From NCBI GenBank assembly GCA_963976765.1, contig CAXBME010000003.1, positions 372,001 to 436,000 on the forward strand: 64,000 nt of DNA, read 5' to 3'. The stretch is from an uncultured Planctomycetaceae bacterium. Lineage in GTDB: Bacteria; Planctomycetota; Planctomycetia; Planctomycetales; Planctomycetaceae. The notes beneath the pieces are model-generated. The model was not told the DNA's origin. It did no database searches and saw only the letters and a list, made by a program, of their open reading frames with translations. This document shows positions 10,607-20,256 of the stretch, piece after piece. A program made the position numbers and the translations under genes. How positions within the stretch are numbered: the first letter of the stretch is position 1; every line of letters starts with the position of its first letter.

Positions 10607-11344
10607 GTGCAGCGCATAGATACGCGGAAAACGGTCCAGCGATTAATCCTTCGCGCGCTGGGGCTCGTGATCGCAGGCTTCATCATCGCTTCAGCGAACT
10701 TATGCATTGCTGGCGAGCTGGTGGGGAATCCGACCGATACCGTGCTGGCGATCTCGTCGTTACCTCCTGCTCAGGCTCTTGCCGCTGAGGACTCGGAATA
10801 CTCAATCATTCACCTGTCTCCGGCAGGTGGGGGCTGCAGTGACTGGTCACGTCAGCACAGTGCTATCGGATTGGCAGGTTGTCAGTCTTCGAGGTTCGGC
10901 TTTCTGCACCCATTCCAGAAACTGAAGGAGCGTTGGAAATACGAAGTTCGACCTCGCTGGCAACACAAGTTCCTGGGCTATCCGGAAGAGTTCTGTGAGC
11001 CACCACTGGGAATGTTTCTGACGGCACACACTGACGCCATCATCAGAAGCGGGAAACAATCGGATCTGGTTTTGTTTCAGCGTGATTTTCTAACAAACAG
11101 CGTTGAATTAAACAGTTCCGGTGTCCGCAAACTGAATCGAGCCGCTGAACAATTTTCGCAGACATCAGGGACGATCGTCATCGAGGCCGTTCCGGGACAA
11201 TCACCACTGGTAGAACGCCGACGTGTGGCCATCGCCGCGTGGTTCAGCAGTCGTCACTTCCTCATTCGGAGTGATCAGGTCGTCATCCAACCGTTAAGGC
11301 CAGGCGGCTTGAACTCACAAGATGTTGATTCGCTGCGTCAGTAA
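10607..11344 (+). CDS. Exported hypothetical protein in tad cluster
   Basis: In-frame GTG at 10607 followed by a signal-peptide-like segment (LILRALGLVIAGFIIASANLCIA); GYPEEFCEPPLG and DF...ELN..G..KL segments; sits between the secretin and TPR genes. Confidence 0.6.
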   Translation: MQRIDTRKTVQRLILRALGLVIAGFIIASANLCIAGELVGNPTDTVLAISSLPPAQALAAEDSEYSIIHLSPAGGGCSDWSRQHSAIGLAGCQSSRFGFLHPFQKLKERWKYEVRPRWQHKFLGYPEEFCEPPLGMFLTAHTDAIIRSGKQSDLVLFQRDFLTNSVELNSSGVRKLNRAAEQFSQTSGTIVIEAVPGQSPLVERRRVAIAAWFSSRHFLIRSDQVVIQPLRPGGLNSQDVDSLRQ

Positions 11345-11457
11345 CTTGCGGCCCCTGCGGGCGCGACGTCCGGTGCTCGATAGATTTCGCGATGCAGGTT
11401 CAACGGACTCCCGTAGCCGAACTTCGATCGACGCGTTTCTTCAGAAGGTCTGAGCCG

Positions 11458-12324
11458 ATGACTATTCTCAAATCGCTGATGCACACCTGCCTGATAGTAG
11501 GGCTGTTTTCTACAGGTTCCGGTTGCCAGACAGCTAACTCACAATCGACCGCGCACGTTGTTCCGTCGCAGTTTCCGAAGCAGCTCAGCGCGCAACCGAT
11601 TCCGGATGTCGCCAGTTTGAAGCTTGCATTCGCACGTTCACTGGAAGCTGGAGGCGAAGTCGAGCGCGCGATGGCTGTTTACCACGAAGTCTTGCAGCAC
11701 GACGACAAACTAACCGACGCCCACTGGCGACTGGGGCTCATTCAGTCAAAACGAGGGGAACTGGATGAAGCGTTGATTCATTTCAAATCAGCACTGAGGT
11801 CCCGCCCGAATGATGCCGACATTTATTGCGACCTTGGGTACGCTCTCTACCTTCAGAATTCATGGACTGAAGCGGAAGACTGCCTGAGAAAGGCGATCTC
11901 GCTGTCGCCAGAGCATCAAAGGTCGCACATGAATCTCGCCCTCCTGCTGGCACGAAGTAATCGTCAGCCGGAATCAGAACGTGAGTTTCTGGCGGGCGGC
12001 TGCAGTCGTGAGACATCGCGATCGAATCTTGCCATCGTCGCGAGTTTCCAGCACGGCGATCCAGAGGGATGTTCTGTCGGTCAACTCTCCGCTACCGATA
12101 CGGTTGCCGCGACCTCATTTCCACTTACTGACTCTCGACGTGCCCCCCTGCCGGCTCAAGGGAAGTCGAGCCGAAGAATCCCGCTTTCGTGTGACGCGCC
12201 GAACAGTCATACCAGAACACCGACTCGAATTGTTGTCACACCGGATGCCGCTAAATTCGCTCCCTGCCCTGAATCGTCTGGCAAAGGAAGCGACGTCGGA
12301 AATACCGAAACGGTTTCGCTGTAA
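11458..12324 (+). CDS. TPR-repeat lipoprotein, TadD-like
   Basis: Lipobox-like GSGC, then several TPRs (AHWRLGLI, DLGYALYLQ..EAE..LRKAI.L.P, HMNLALLLA). Confidence 0.78.
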   Translation: MTILKSLMHTCLIVGLFSTGSGCQTANSQSTAHVVPSQFPKQLSAQPIPDVASLKLAFARSLEAGGEVERAMAVYHEVLQHDDKLTDAHWRLGLIQSKRGELDEALIHFKSALRSRPNDADIYCDLGYALYLQNSWTEAEDCLRKAISLSPEHQRSHMNLALLLARSNRQPESEREFLAGGCSRETSRSNLAIVASFQHGDPEGCSVGQLSATDTVAATSFPLTDSRRAPLPAQGKSSRRIPLSCDAPNSHTRTPTRIVVTPDAAKFAPCPESSGKGSDVGNTETVSL

Positions 12325-12832
12325 CGAAATGACGCGAACGCATTCGGCGAACGTTGTCGTCAGTTCCGGGACAACTCTCTGCTCGAACCATGATCACGTG
12401 ACTCTGCTGGATTGTGATCAAAGCGACTTCGGACCGTGTCCGCAGACGCTTGCCAAAAGTGGCTCTGCATTCCGTATCAATGCGTCCCGGCAAGGCTGAC
12501 GCAGCGGAGGCACGTGCCCTCAAAAACGGAAACGTGTTTCTCTTGCGTTCCGTCGTGCGGCCCTCGCACCGGGAGCGGCCCGCCGAAATTTCCGTCGAGT
12601 GCATTTTCACGCACCGCCCCGATTTCTGAGCCATGCGGCGTTCAGTTACTTTTCGCCAGAGGTCAGTCAGCTATAACTCGACAGGTCGGCGATTGTCCCG
12701 CTCAGTTGCAAACTCATCGCAACAGCAACGCCGTCTACTTCCGTTTATCGAGACCGGACCGTCGTGACTCAATTGCCGCTAACTCAACGGCACAACGAAC
12801 CATCTGGACGAACCAACTGCAGGAGATTGCCA

Positions 12833-14353
12833 ATGATTCACTCAGTTACCGAATCCGAAGCCGTGATTTCTTCGCAAAAATTGTGGCAAACGCTCGACTT
12901 TATTCCGGGTCGACAGATTGCCAACTTTGCCAGAACCGCAGCTTTCGCGATGGCAATGTCGATCCTGGCGGTTCAGACACTGGCGGCAGAGGCGGTTCGA
13001 CCGAACATCATTTATATCATGGTCGACGATCTCGGGTACGGAGACCTCGGTTGCTTCGGGCAGAAGGTGATTCAGACTCCGAATCTGGACCGCATGGCCG
13101 TTGAAGGAATGCGACTGACCGATCACTACGCGGGGCACACGGTCTGTCGGCCGTCGCGACTCGCGCTGTGGCTCGGGCAGCACGTCGGGCACACCGGCCT
13201 GACGGGAAACCGGCCTCGCAGCCTGACGTCGACCGAAACGACCGTCGCCACACTTTTGAAGAAGGTGGGCTACGCGACCGGTGGAGTTGGAAAGTGGGCA
13301 CTCGGGAACGTCGATCACCCCTCGGAAATCAACAACGCCGGGCATCCCAATAAAAACGGTTTCGATTACTGGTTCGGGTATCTCAACCAGAGCAACGCTC
13401 ACAACTTCTATCCGACATTCCTTTGGGAAAACGACCAGCAGGTGCCTCTGCCGGGTAACGTCATTGGAGATTATCCCAATGGTCGCGGGCGAGTTTCGTC
13501 GAAGCGGGCCAGCTACTCGCACGACTTCATGACGGATGCCGCTTTCCGATTTGTGCGCGACAACAAAGACAATCCGTTCCTGCTGCACATTCACTGGACG
13601 ATTCCACACGCCAACAACGAAGGCGGTCGAGCACTCGGTGACGGAATGGAAATCCCAAGCTACGGGATCTACGCCGATAAAGACTGGCCGAACCCGGAAA
13701 AGGGGTTCGCAGCGATGATCACTTACATGGATGCTGACGTCGGACGTCTTTTTGAACTGCTGAAAGAATTGAAGCTCGACGAGAACACTCTTGTTGTCTT
13801 TACATCGGACAATGGCCCGCACAACGAAGGCGGCCACAATCACGAATACTTCAACTCGAACGGCCCGCTCAAAGGCTTCAAACGTTCGATGCACGAGGGC
13901 GGCTATCGTGTCCCGACGATCGCTCGCTGGCCAGGAAAAATTGCAGCCGGTACCGCGTCCGACCACCCGTCCGGCGGCTACGACTTCCTCGCAACAGCCT
14001 GCGAACTGGCTGGAGCCGAAGTACCGGCCAGCGTCGACAGCATCTCGTACCTGCCGACGCTGCTCGGACAGCCGGAAAAGCAGAAAAAGCACGAGTATCT
14101 CTATTGTGCGAGTCTCGAAGGCGAGACGTCGGTCGGGGTCCGCTACGAAAACTGGAAGCTCGTGAAATACCGCACGGCGAAACCGAAAAAGAATTCACCG
14201 AAGAATTCACCGAACCCGCAAACGTCAGCTACCTCTGACTGGCGACTTTATGACCTGTCGAAGGACATCGGCGAAGAACACAACATCGCCACCGACCATC
14301 CGGAAATCGTTAAAGAGATACTCGGACTTCTCGGACGCGATGGCCTGCTCTAA
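12833..14353 (+). CDS. Formylglycine-dependent (aryl)sulfatase
   Basis: RPNIIYIMVDDLGYGD, CxPxR motif CRPSR, GKWALG, FTSDNG, GFKRSMHEGGYRVP, LYDLSKDIGEEHN; AGGAG before ATG 12833. Confidence 0.95.
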   Translation: MIHSVTESEAVISSQKLWQTLDFIPGRQIANFARTAAFAMAMSILAVQTLAAEAVRPNIIYIMVDDLGYGDLGCFGQKVIQTPNLDRMAVEGMRLTDHYAGHTVCRPSRLALWLGQHVGHTGLTGNRPRSLTSTETTVATLLKKVGYATGGVGKWALGNVDHPSEINNAGHPNKNGFDYWFGYLNQSNAHNFYPTFLWENDQQVPLPGNVIGDYPNGRGRVSSKRASYSHDFMTDAAFRFVRDNKDNPFLLHIHWTIPHANNEGGRALGDGMEIPSYGIYADKDWPNPEKGFAAMITYMDADVGRLFELLKELKLDENTLVVFTSDNGPHNEGGHNHEYFNSNGPLKGFKRSMHEGGYRVPTIARWPGKIAAGTASDHPSGGYDFLATACELAGAEVPASVDSISYLPTLLGQPEKQKKHEYLYCASLEGETSVGVRYENWKLVKYRTAKPKKNSPKNSPNPQTSATSDWRLYDLSKDIGEEHNIATDHPEIVKEILGLLGRDGLL

Positions 14354-14410
14354 GAAGACATGACTGAATTCTCTACGTCAGACAACAACGAACCTCACCA
14401 GGAAACTGCC

Positions 14411-15820
14411 ATGAATCGACTTTCAACTCTCGTTACCGCCGCGATGCTGTTCTGCACTCCGGTGTCGTTGACGTTTGCTGAAAGTCCAGCGAAGCCATCC
14501 TGGAAAGCGGGTGTCAGCAGCGTAAAGATCACGCCCGAGGGACCGGCGTGGATGGCCGGCTACGCTTCCCGCGACAAACCGTCAGACGGCGTCGAGCACG
14601 ACCTGTTTGCCAAGTCGCTGATCCTTCAGGACAGCGCTGGTCAGACGCTGGTCATGGTTACGCTCGACCTGATCAGCGTGCCCGGTCCGCTCCGGAAGCA
14701 CATCGAGGAAAAGTTGAAGCAGTCCCACGGTCTCAAGCCAGAAAATCTGTTGATAAACTGCTCGCACACACACAGCGGCCCGGAAATCCGAACGACCGGA
14801 GCGGCCCTGGAAGGAATTGATGCGGAGCGCCGTGAGAAATCGGTCGCGTATGTCGAGAACCTGCAGACAAGAATTCTCTCATCGATCGGCGCAGCGTTTA
14901 TCAAACTGGCTCCTGCGAATCTTTCGTTCCAGAAAGCTCGTGCCGGTTTCGCTATGAACCGTCGACTGCCTTCGGAGACGGGCTACCAGAACAGCCCGAA
15001 TCCAGACGGCCGAGTCGACCACGCAGTTCCGATTCTTCGAGTTGAAAACGCCGAAGGAGCCATCACAGCAATCGTTTTCGGATACGCCTGCCACAACACC
15101 ACACTCAGCCTTTACCAGATCAATGGCGACTATGCCGGCTACGCTCAGAGCTACATCGAAGAGGCACATCCCGGAACGGTCGCCATGTTCATGATGGGCT
15201 GCGGTGGCGATCAGAACCCTTACCCTCGCCGGACACTTGAACTGGCAAAACAGCACGGTCGAACGCTGGCAACCGCCGTCGAAGCCGGCCTCGAAACGCC
15301 TGAACGAGCCATCACCGGCTCCCTGAAAATGTCGCTCGCAACGGCAGAACTGAAATACGCCGAAGCACCGACGAAAGACCAGCTGCTCGAACAAACGCAG
15401 TCGACTAACGAGTACGACAAAAGGTACGCCAAACGTCTGCTTAGAGAACTGGAAGAAGGCACGTTAATTACAAGTTACCCGGCGCCGGTTCAGGTCGTCA
15501 GGTTTGGCGATTCCGTTCTTTTTGTCGCGTTGCCCGGCGAAACAGTGGTCGACTACTCGCTTCGCGTTAAACGGGAAAATCGACAGAAGGGTGGTCCCGA
15601 CGTCTGGGTTGCCGGTTACTCCAACGACGTCTTCGCCTACATCCCGAGCCTCCGGGTTCTTCTCGAAGGAGGCTACGAAGCTGGCGGCGCGATGAAGTAC
15701 ATGACAACCGTCGTCCAGCCCGGCGCATTCGCTCCGGACGTTGAAGACCTGCTCATGAACCGTGTCAACGAGCTGATCAGACTGACCGCCGATGACACAT
15801 CCACGACGCCGCCACAGTAG
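14411..15820 (+). CDS. Neutral/alkaline non-lysosomal ceramidase-like hydrolase (exported)
   Basis: KAGV..VKITP..WMAGY..R, CSHTHSGP, YACHNT, GCGGDQNP, LPGE, GYSND..YIPS..EGGYE. Confidence 0.8.
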   Translation: MNRLSTLVTAAMLFCTPVSLTFAESPAKPSWKAGVSSVKITPEGPAWMAGYASRDKPSDGVEHDLFAKSLILQDSAGQTLVMVTLDLISVPGPLRKHIEEKLKQSHGLKPENLLINCSHTHSGPEIRTTGAALEGIDAERREKSVAYVENLQTRILSSIGAAFIKLAPANLSFQKARAGFAMNRRLPSETGYQNSPNPDGRVDHAVPILRVENAEGAITAIVFGYACHNTTLSLYQINGDYAGYAQSYIEEAHPGTVAMFMMGCGGDQNPYPRRTLELAKQHGRTLATAVEAGLETPERAITGSLKMSLATAELKYAEAPTKDQLLEQTQSTNEYDKRYAKRLLRELEEGTLITSYPAPVQVVRFGDSVLFVALPGETVVDYSLRVKRENRQKGGPDVWVAGYSNDVFAYIPSLRVLLEGGYEAGGAMKYMTTVVQPGAFAPDVEDLLMNRVNELIRLTADDTSTTPPQ

Positions 15821-16501
15821 CAACCACACTTTGCGTGCTGTCGCCTGAAATTCGCAGGTTTCTGACTGCAGACAGCACGACGGAACGCGACAGCTGCGAT
15901 CAAAATTCGACCAAAGCAGCGAGATCACTTCCGTGAAAACTCTGTCATCACGGAGTTTCTGCACCTTCCGCGTCTGTCGCCGGCGCCTCTCTCGCAATGA
16001 TGCCATTCTCGCTGAACCTTTGGGCTCGCTACCTGCTCCGCCGGCGTTGCATCGCCGAGCAGAAACTACCCATCCCCCCCTGCCTGCCGCGTGACGCTGA
16101 AATAATTGCAAGTCAGCTCCGTTCGAGCGTGCTGTCGGTTGTTGCTGCCCCAAAGGTTTAGCGAGTTCTGAAGAATTTCTTGTCAAATCTTCAAAAGCGT
16201 TTCAGACACGCTGCAAAGTCTTGCCGGAATTTCGCGAGCGGCGATACACATCCGCCTCGCCTGAACGACAGGCGTTGCAGCGACTTCAACCCGTCGGTCA
16301 ATTCGAAATCGCAGTCAACGCGAACTTTCAACGACCAGAAGTCAACGCGAAACGCAACGGCGGAGTCTCCCCTCGAACCGCTCCGGTGATGAGTTCTCTT
16401 CACCAGGTTCTGCTCCGCTGATCGAGCCGATGCAATGTCGGTTTGAGCGTCAGATCATCACCCCAATTCATCTCTCCGCAATTTTGCCAGGAAGGTTTGC
16501 A

Positions 16502-17614
16502 ATGACTCGACAGATCCGCTGGGCATTCAGTGCTCTCGCAGGTGCGGCTGTCCTCACCTCTGCATCAGCCGTCTCGGCCCAATGGTTCTCATCGCCGGGC
16601 TGCGGCTGTGCAACTCAGCCAGTTGCGCGTCCCGTTGCCCAGACATGTTACCAGCAGGTGCCGGTCACTCAGTACCAGCAGGTCAAACAGAAGGTACGAC
16701 GACCGATCACCGAGGTCGAGTACATCGAAGAACCCGTCACCACGTACCGACCAGTTGTCGAAACAAAAACCGTCGACGTCCCGGTGACTGAGTATCAGAA
16801 CGTGACCGAGTATCAAACTCGCGTGACGCAAACCGGTAGCTGGCAGACCAATTACCACTGCCGACAGAAACTGACTCCGTGCCAGTACGATCCTTCACCA
16901 AGTCCGCTGGGCTGGCTGAACCGATCGGCCTATCGAATCCGTTCGGCATTCACACCAAATGTTGTTGCCACTCGGCAGTTTGTGCCTCGAACATGCACCG
17001 CTCAGGTACCAGTGACTCGCCAGGTGGCTGTGCAGTCAGTCCGACAGCAGACCTATCAGGTAACGAAGTACGTACCCGAGCAGACAACTCGAAAAGTCGC
17101 TGTGAACAAGGTTCGCTGGGTTGAAGAAGAAGTTACGGCCATGAAACCGGTAACGATCATGCAGACCGTCCCGGTCACTCGTACCGCCTGGGGTTTCAGC
17201 AACTACACTCCGGCCACTCAGACAGCTTTCGGTTGGAATTCTTACGGCACACCAGCGATCAGCTATGCCGCTCCGACAACGACGATTTCGCTCGCTCCTA
17301 CTCCTGACCCAGTCAGCGCCGCCAAACCAGCTGCAACGAGATCTGCTTCCCGCGACGCTGACGACATCAACAAAGCACTTGACGATCGCAGCGAAATTAA
17401 CCGAATTGAACGTAATCAGGAACCAGTTCGAAGCAGCTCGGTCGAACAGCCGGGCGCGGGTCTCGGGCAACGGTCCCTGTTCGAGCCGGTCCGACCAACC
17501 TCCAATCGAGCTGCCGGAATTGCAAGAGTCGGCGGTTGGCGAGCCAGCACTCCGACAGAAATCGCCTCACCAAAACTCCCCTCAGTGAGCATGCCCATCG
17601 CGGCCGCTCACTAA
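16502..17614 (+). CDS. Exported Val/Pro/Thr/Tyr-rich repeat protein (YTV/articulin-like composition)
   Basis: Signal peptide, CGC motif, repeated VPVT/YRPV/YVP units, low-complexity C-terminus; AGGAAGG before ATG 16502. Confidence 0.7.
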   Translation: MTRQIRWAFSALAGAAVLTSASAVSAQWFSSPGCGCATQPVARPVAQTCYQQVPVTQYQQVKQKVRRPITEVEYIEEPVTTYRPVVETKTVDVPVTEYQNVTEYQTRVTQTGSWQTNYHCRQKLTPCQYDPSPSPLGWLNRSAYRIRSAFTPNVVATRQFVPRTCTAQVPVTRQVAVQSVRQQTYQVTKYVPEQTTRKVAVNKVRWVEEEVTAMKPVTIMQTVPVTRTAWGFSNYTPATQTAFGWNSYGTPAISYAAPTTTISLAPTPDPVSAAKPAATRSASRDADDINKALDDRSEINRIERNQEPVRSSSVEQPGAGLGQRSLFEPVRPTSNRAAGIARVGGWRASTPTEIASPKLPSVSMPIAAAH

Positions 17615-17776
17615 TCTCCCCGCCGGTGCTATCCGGCAGCCGGGCTCCATCCGGCAACGTTTCTCCCTTCCCTCCCTCCCTTCTCCTCTCCCTCTCTCCC
17701 CTCTTGTAAGCAGCGTCCTCCCTCCCAGGTTGCTTACAAGGCAGTCTCCCCTCTGCTGCGTTTCTCTCTTCCCCGC

Positions 17777-17806
17777 GGCACCGGTATCACACCGGTGCCC
17801 TTTTTT
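17777..17806 (+). terminator. Rho-independent terminator
   Basis: GGCACCGGT-atcac-ACCGGTGCC followed by CTTTTTT. Confidence 0.85.
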
Positions 17807-18031
17807 ATGCGCGGTGATAATTTACAGGATTTTTCTGGAAACGTTCTCAGCCACGGAGAGCACAGAGTGATGCGTAAGAATTCTTCTCTGCATCCTTTGT
17901 GTCAGAATTCCCGGACTCCTGTTTTAGCGGAACCGATTTCGAACGAGTGTCAGAGTCAGTATCCTCGCTGCCGATTCACCATTTCGAAACTCGTATCCAG
18001 AACACTCCAGATATTCAAAACCGAGGGCGCC

Positions 18032-19030
18032 ATGACAAACTCCTCATTCGGGCAACTTGTAATCGTCGCCATCCTTGCGACGTCCATTCTTCCATCCGGC
18101 CAGTTATCAACGATAAGTCTCGCCGACGAAGCCCCCGCTGCAACGTTCAGTTCGATCATTGCGAAACAGACACGAACAACCTTCGATCAGATCGTCGAAT
18201 ACGTTACTGAAAACGGCGAAGCATCCGACGCCGAACGCGCCTGGCAGTGGCTGTTTCTGACATCGCTTGAACACGGCTTTGAAACAGAAGCCGTCGAGCT
18301 TGCTCGAACTTACATCAAGTCTCCCAACGCTTCGCCCACGACGAAAGGTGTCGCGCAGCAGACTCTGGCTATCGGACTGGCCAAAGATGGAAAGTCGGAA
18401 GAAGCCGTTCAACTTTTCACTGCACAGCTTCGTTTCTCGCGGTTTCAGTCCGGAGGAGCCTTGATTGAATTCGGGCGACGGCTGGCGACAGAACTCCAGC
18501 TTGCTCGTGACTTTGGTGGCGCTCGTCACGTTTATGAAGAAATCGCCAGTAAGTTCTTTCTCAACGCCGATATTCGCAGCCTCTGTGAAAACCGCATTAA
18601 GAAGATGGACATGATCGACCAGCCAGCCCCGACAGTTGAGGGCTCAGACATCACGGGCGGAACGGTCAGCCTGCCCAGTCTCGAAGGCAAAGTCGTGCTG
18701 ATCGATTTCTGGGCAACCAACTGTCCGCCGTGTCTCGAAGAGATGCCCAATCTCAAACAGATTTACGCAGACCATCACACACAAGGCTTTGAAATCATCG
18801 GCATCAGTCTCGACGAGGATCCTTCGATTGTCGAGCAGTTCACGACCCGAGCAGAAATTCCGTGGCCAATGATCGTTGAACGGGGCACAGTCGACACGCT
18901 GCGGGCGAGCTATTTCGTCCCAACAATTCCGTCGCTGTTCATCATCGATCAAAGCGGAAAACTGCACCAGTTCGACGTTCGAGGCAATGACCTTCGGAAG
19001 GTTATCGAAGGACTGCTCAAGAAACCGTAG
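18032..19030 (+). CDS. TlpA/ResA-family thiol-disulfide oxidoreductase with helical N-terminal domain
   Basis: LEGKVVLIDFWATNCPPC, FEIIGISLD, IPSLFIID..G. Confidence 0.9.
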   Translation: MTNSSFGQLVIVAILATSILPSGQLSTISLADEAPAATFSSIIAKQTRTTFDQIVEYVTENGEASDAERAWQWLFLTSLEHGFETEAVELARTYIKSPNASPTTKGVAQQTLAIGLAKDGKSEEAVQLFTAQLRFSRFQSGGALIEFGRRLATELQLARDFGGARHVYEEIASKFFLNADIRSLCENRIKKMDMIDQPAPTVEGSDITGGTVSLPSLEGKVVLIDFWATNCPPCLEEMPNLKQIYADHHTQGFEIIGISLDEDPSIVEQFTTRAEIPWPMIVERGTVDTLRASYFVPTIPSLFIIDQSGKLHQFDVRGNDLRKVIEGLLKKP

Positions 19031-19047
19031 GATGGGCATTGCCCACC
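19027..19047. repeat. REP-like short palindrome (GTAG-type)
   Basis: GTAGGATGGGCATTGCCCACC; related copy AGGGTGGGCACCGCCCACCT at 27621-27640. Confidence 0.5.
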
Positions 19048-19092
19048 AGTCCAAGCAACAGTGGCAGGCCAGGCCCCCTGCCGAGTATGCAA

Positions 19093-20133
19093 TCACTTCC
19101 GCGGACGGGCGTCGTCTTTTGGCTCAAGGCCAAGCGTCTCAGCGGGCGACTCCAGCGTCTCGGTGATTCGAATGGCCTTTTTGCCACGGTACACACCGGG
19201 AACACCTCGAAACATCGGGCGACCGCTGATTCTGATGGAAGCTCCCTGTTCGGCAGGAGCCTCGGTCATGATGATGTCGCCGACCTCCAGATTCATCACG
19301 TCGGCTGTCGACAGGTTTGTTTCGGCAATCTGCACGTTAAGTTCGACGCGTGCCAACGAGAGGCTGGCGTTCAGATTCTTCTTTTGATCGTCGTCCAGTT
19401 CACGTTTCTCATAAGCCCCCCAGCTGCTTGATGTCAACTTGCTGGCTTTGGACTCGATCGTGTTGAACGGGATGCAAAGATTCAGAATTCCACGAGATTC
19501 GGCGAGCGTGATTTCAAAGCTGACCAGCACGACAACTTCGTTGGGCGGAACGATCTGAACCAGCTGAGGGTTGCTTTCGATCTGCTCCACATTGAGCTGT
19601 AGATCGCAGATATTGCTCCACGAATTCGACAGAGCCTGCAGGATGAGATCGGTGACGCGCGATGCCAGTCGAATTTCGATTTGCGTCAACGGTCGCTTCG
19701 TCGAACCGTTTGCTCGTGTCTCCCGACTGCCTCCAAGCAGACGATCGACAATCGGAAAGACAATGCTCGGATTCAGGTCCAGAATAATCTGCCCATCCAA
19801 CCCCTTTGAATTAACAAGAATAAAGCACGTTGGGTCTTCGAGACTGAAAACGAACTCGCTGTACGTCAGCTGGTCGACGCTGATCAACTTGACCTCGCAG
19901 ATGCTTCTGAGCATGGCGCTCATCGCTGCGCCGAGTTCCCGGCTGAAGCCCTCGTGCAGTGTTTGAAACGCCTGCATCTGCTCTTTCGAAACACGTTCCG
20001 GGCGTTTGAAATCGTAAACCGAGACTCGTGCGGCACGGTCCGTCTGACGATTTTTTGCACCGGTAGCGGCATCGCCTGGCTCAAGAGCTGCCAGCAACGA
20101 TTCAACTTCTGATTGACTGAGAACGTCTGCCAT
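19093..20133 (-). CDS. fliM: Flagellar motor switch protein FliM
   Basis: MADVLSQSEVESLL (CheY-binding peptide), YDFKRPERVSKEQ, DQLTYSEF, ESNPQLVQIVPPNE, C-terminal SpoA domain. Confidence 0.96.
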   Translation of the reverse strand: MADVLSQSEVESLLAALEPGDAATGAKNRQTDRAARVSVYDFKRPERVSKEQMQAFQTLHEGFSRELGAAMSAMLRSICEVKLISVDQLTYSEFVFSLEDPTCFILVNSKGLDGQIILDLNPSIVFPIVDRLLGGSRETRANGSTKRPLTQIEIRLASRVTDLILQALSNSWSNICDLQLNVEQIESNPQLVQIVPPNEVVVLVSFEITLAESRGILNLCIPFNTIESKASKLTSSSWGAYEKRELDDDQKKNLNASLSLARVELNVQIAETNLSTADVMNLEVGDIIMTEAPAEQGASIRISGRPMFRGVPGVYRGKKAIRITETLESPAETLGLEPKDDARPRK

Positions 20134-20256
20134 CCGTGGCTGCTCCCAGGTTGATCCACCGTGTCCTGCCATCCTGAAACGTGCGTCTTTCAAGGCGTAA
20201 TGGCGAGGCAAATGGGCGTTTTAGATTTCAGCGTTCAACCTGATTTTGAGATGATG

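Noticed and set aside
12842..14092. Long antisense ORFs (also 22620-23615, 36114-37085, 38792-39988, 48860-49768, 53361-54227)
   Set aside because: Shadow ORFs opposite well-supported genes in GC-rich DNA, with no recognisable motifs.
14189..14212. 12-bp tandem duplication AAGAATTCACCG x2 in the sulfatase
   Set aside because: In frame, in a low-complexity loop (KNSPKNSP); two copies are too few to suggest phase variation.
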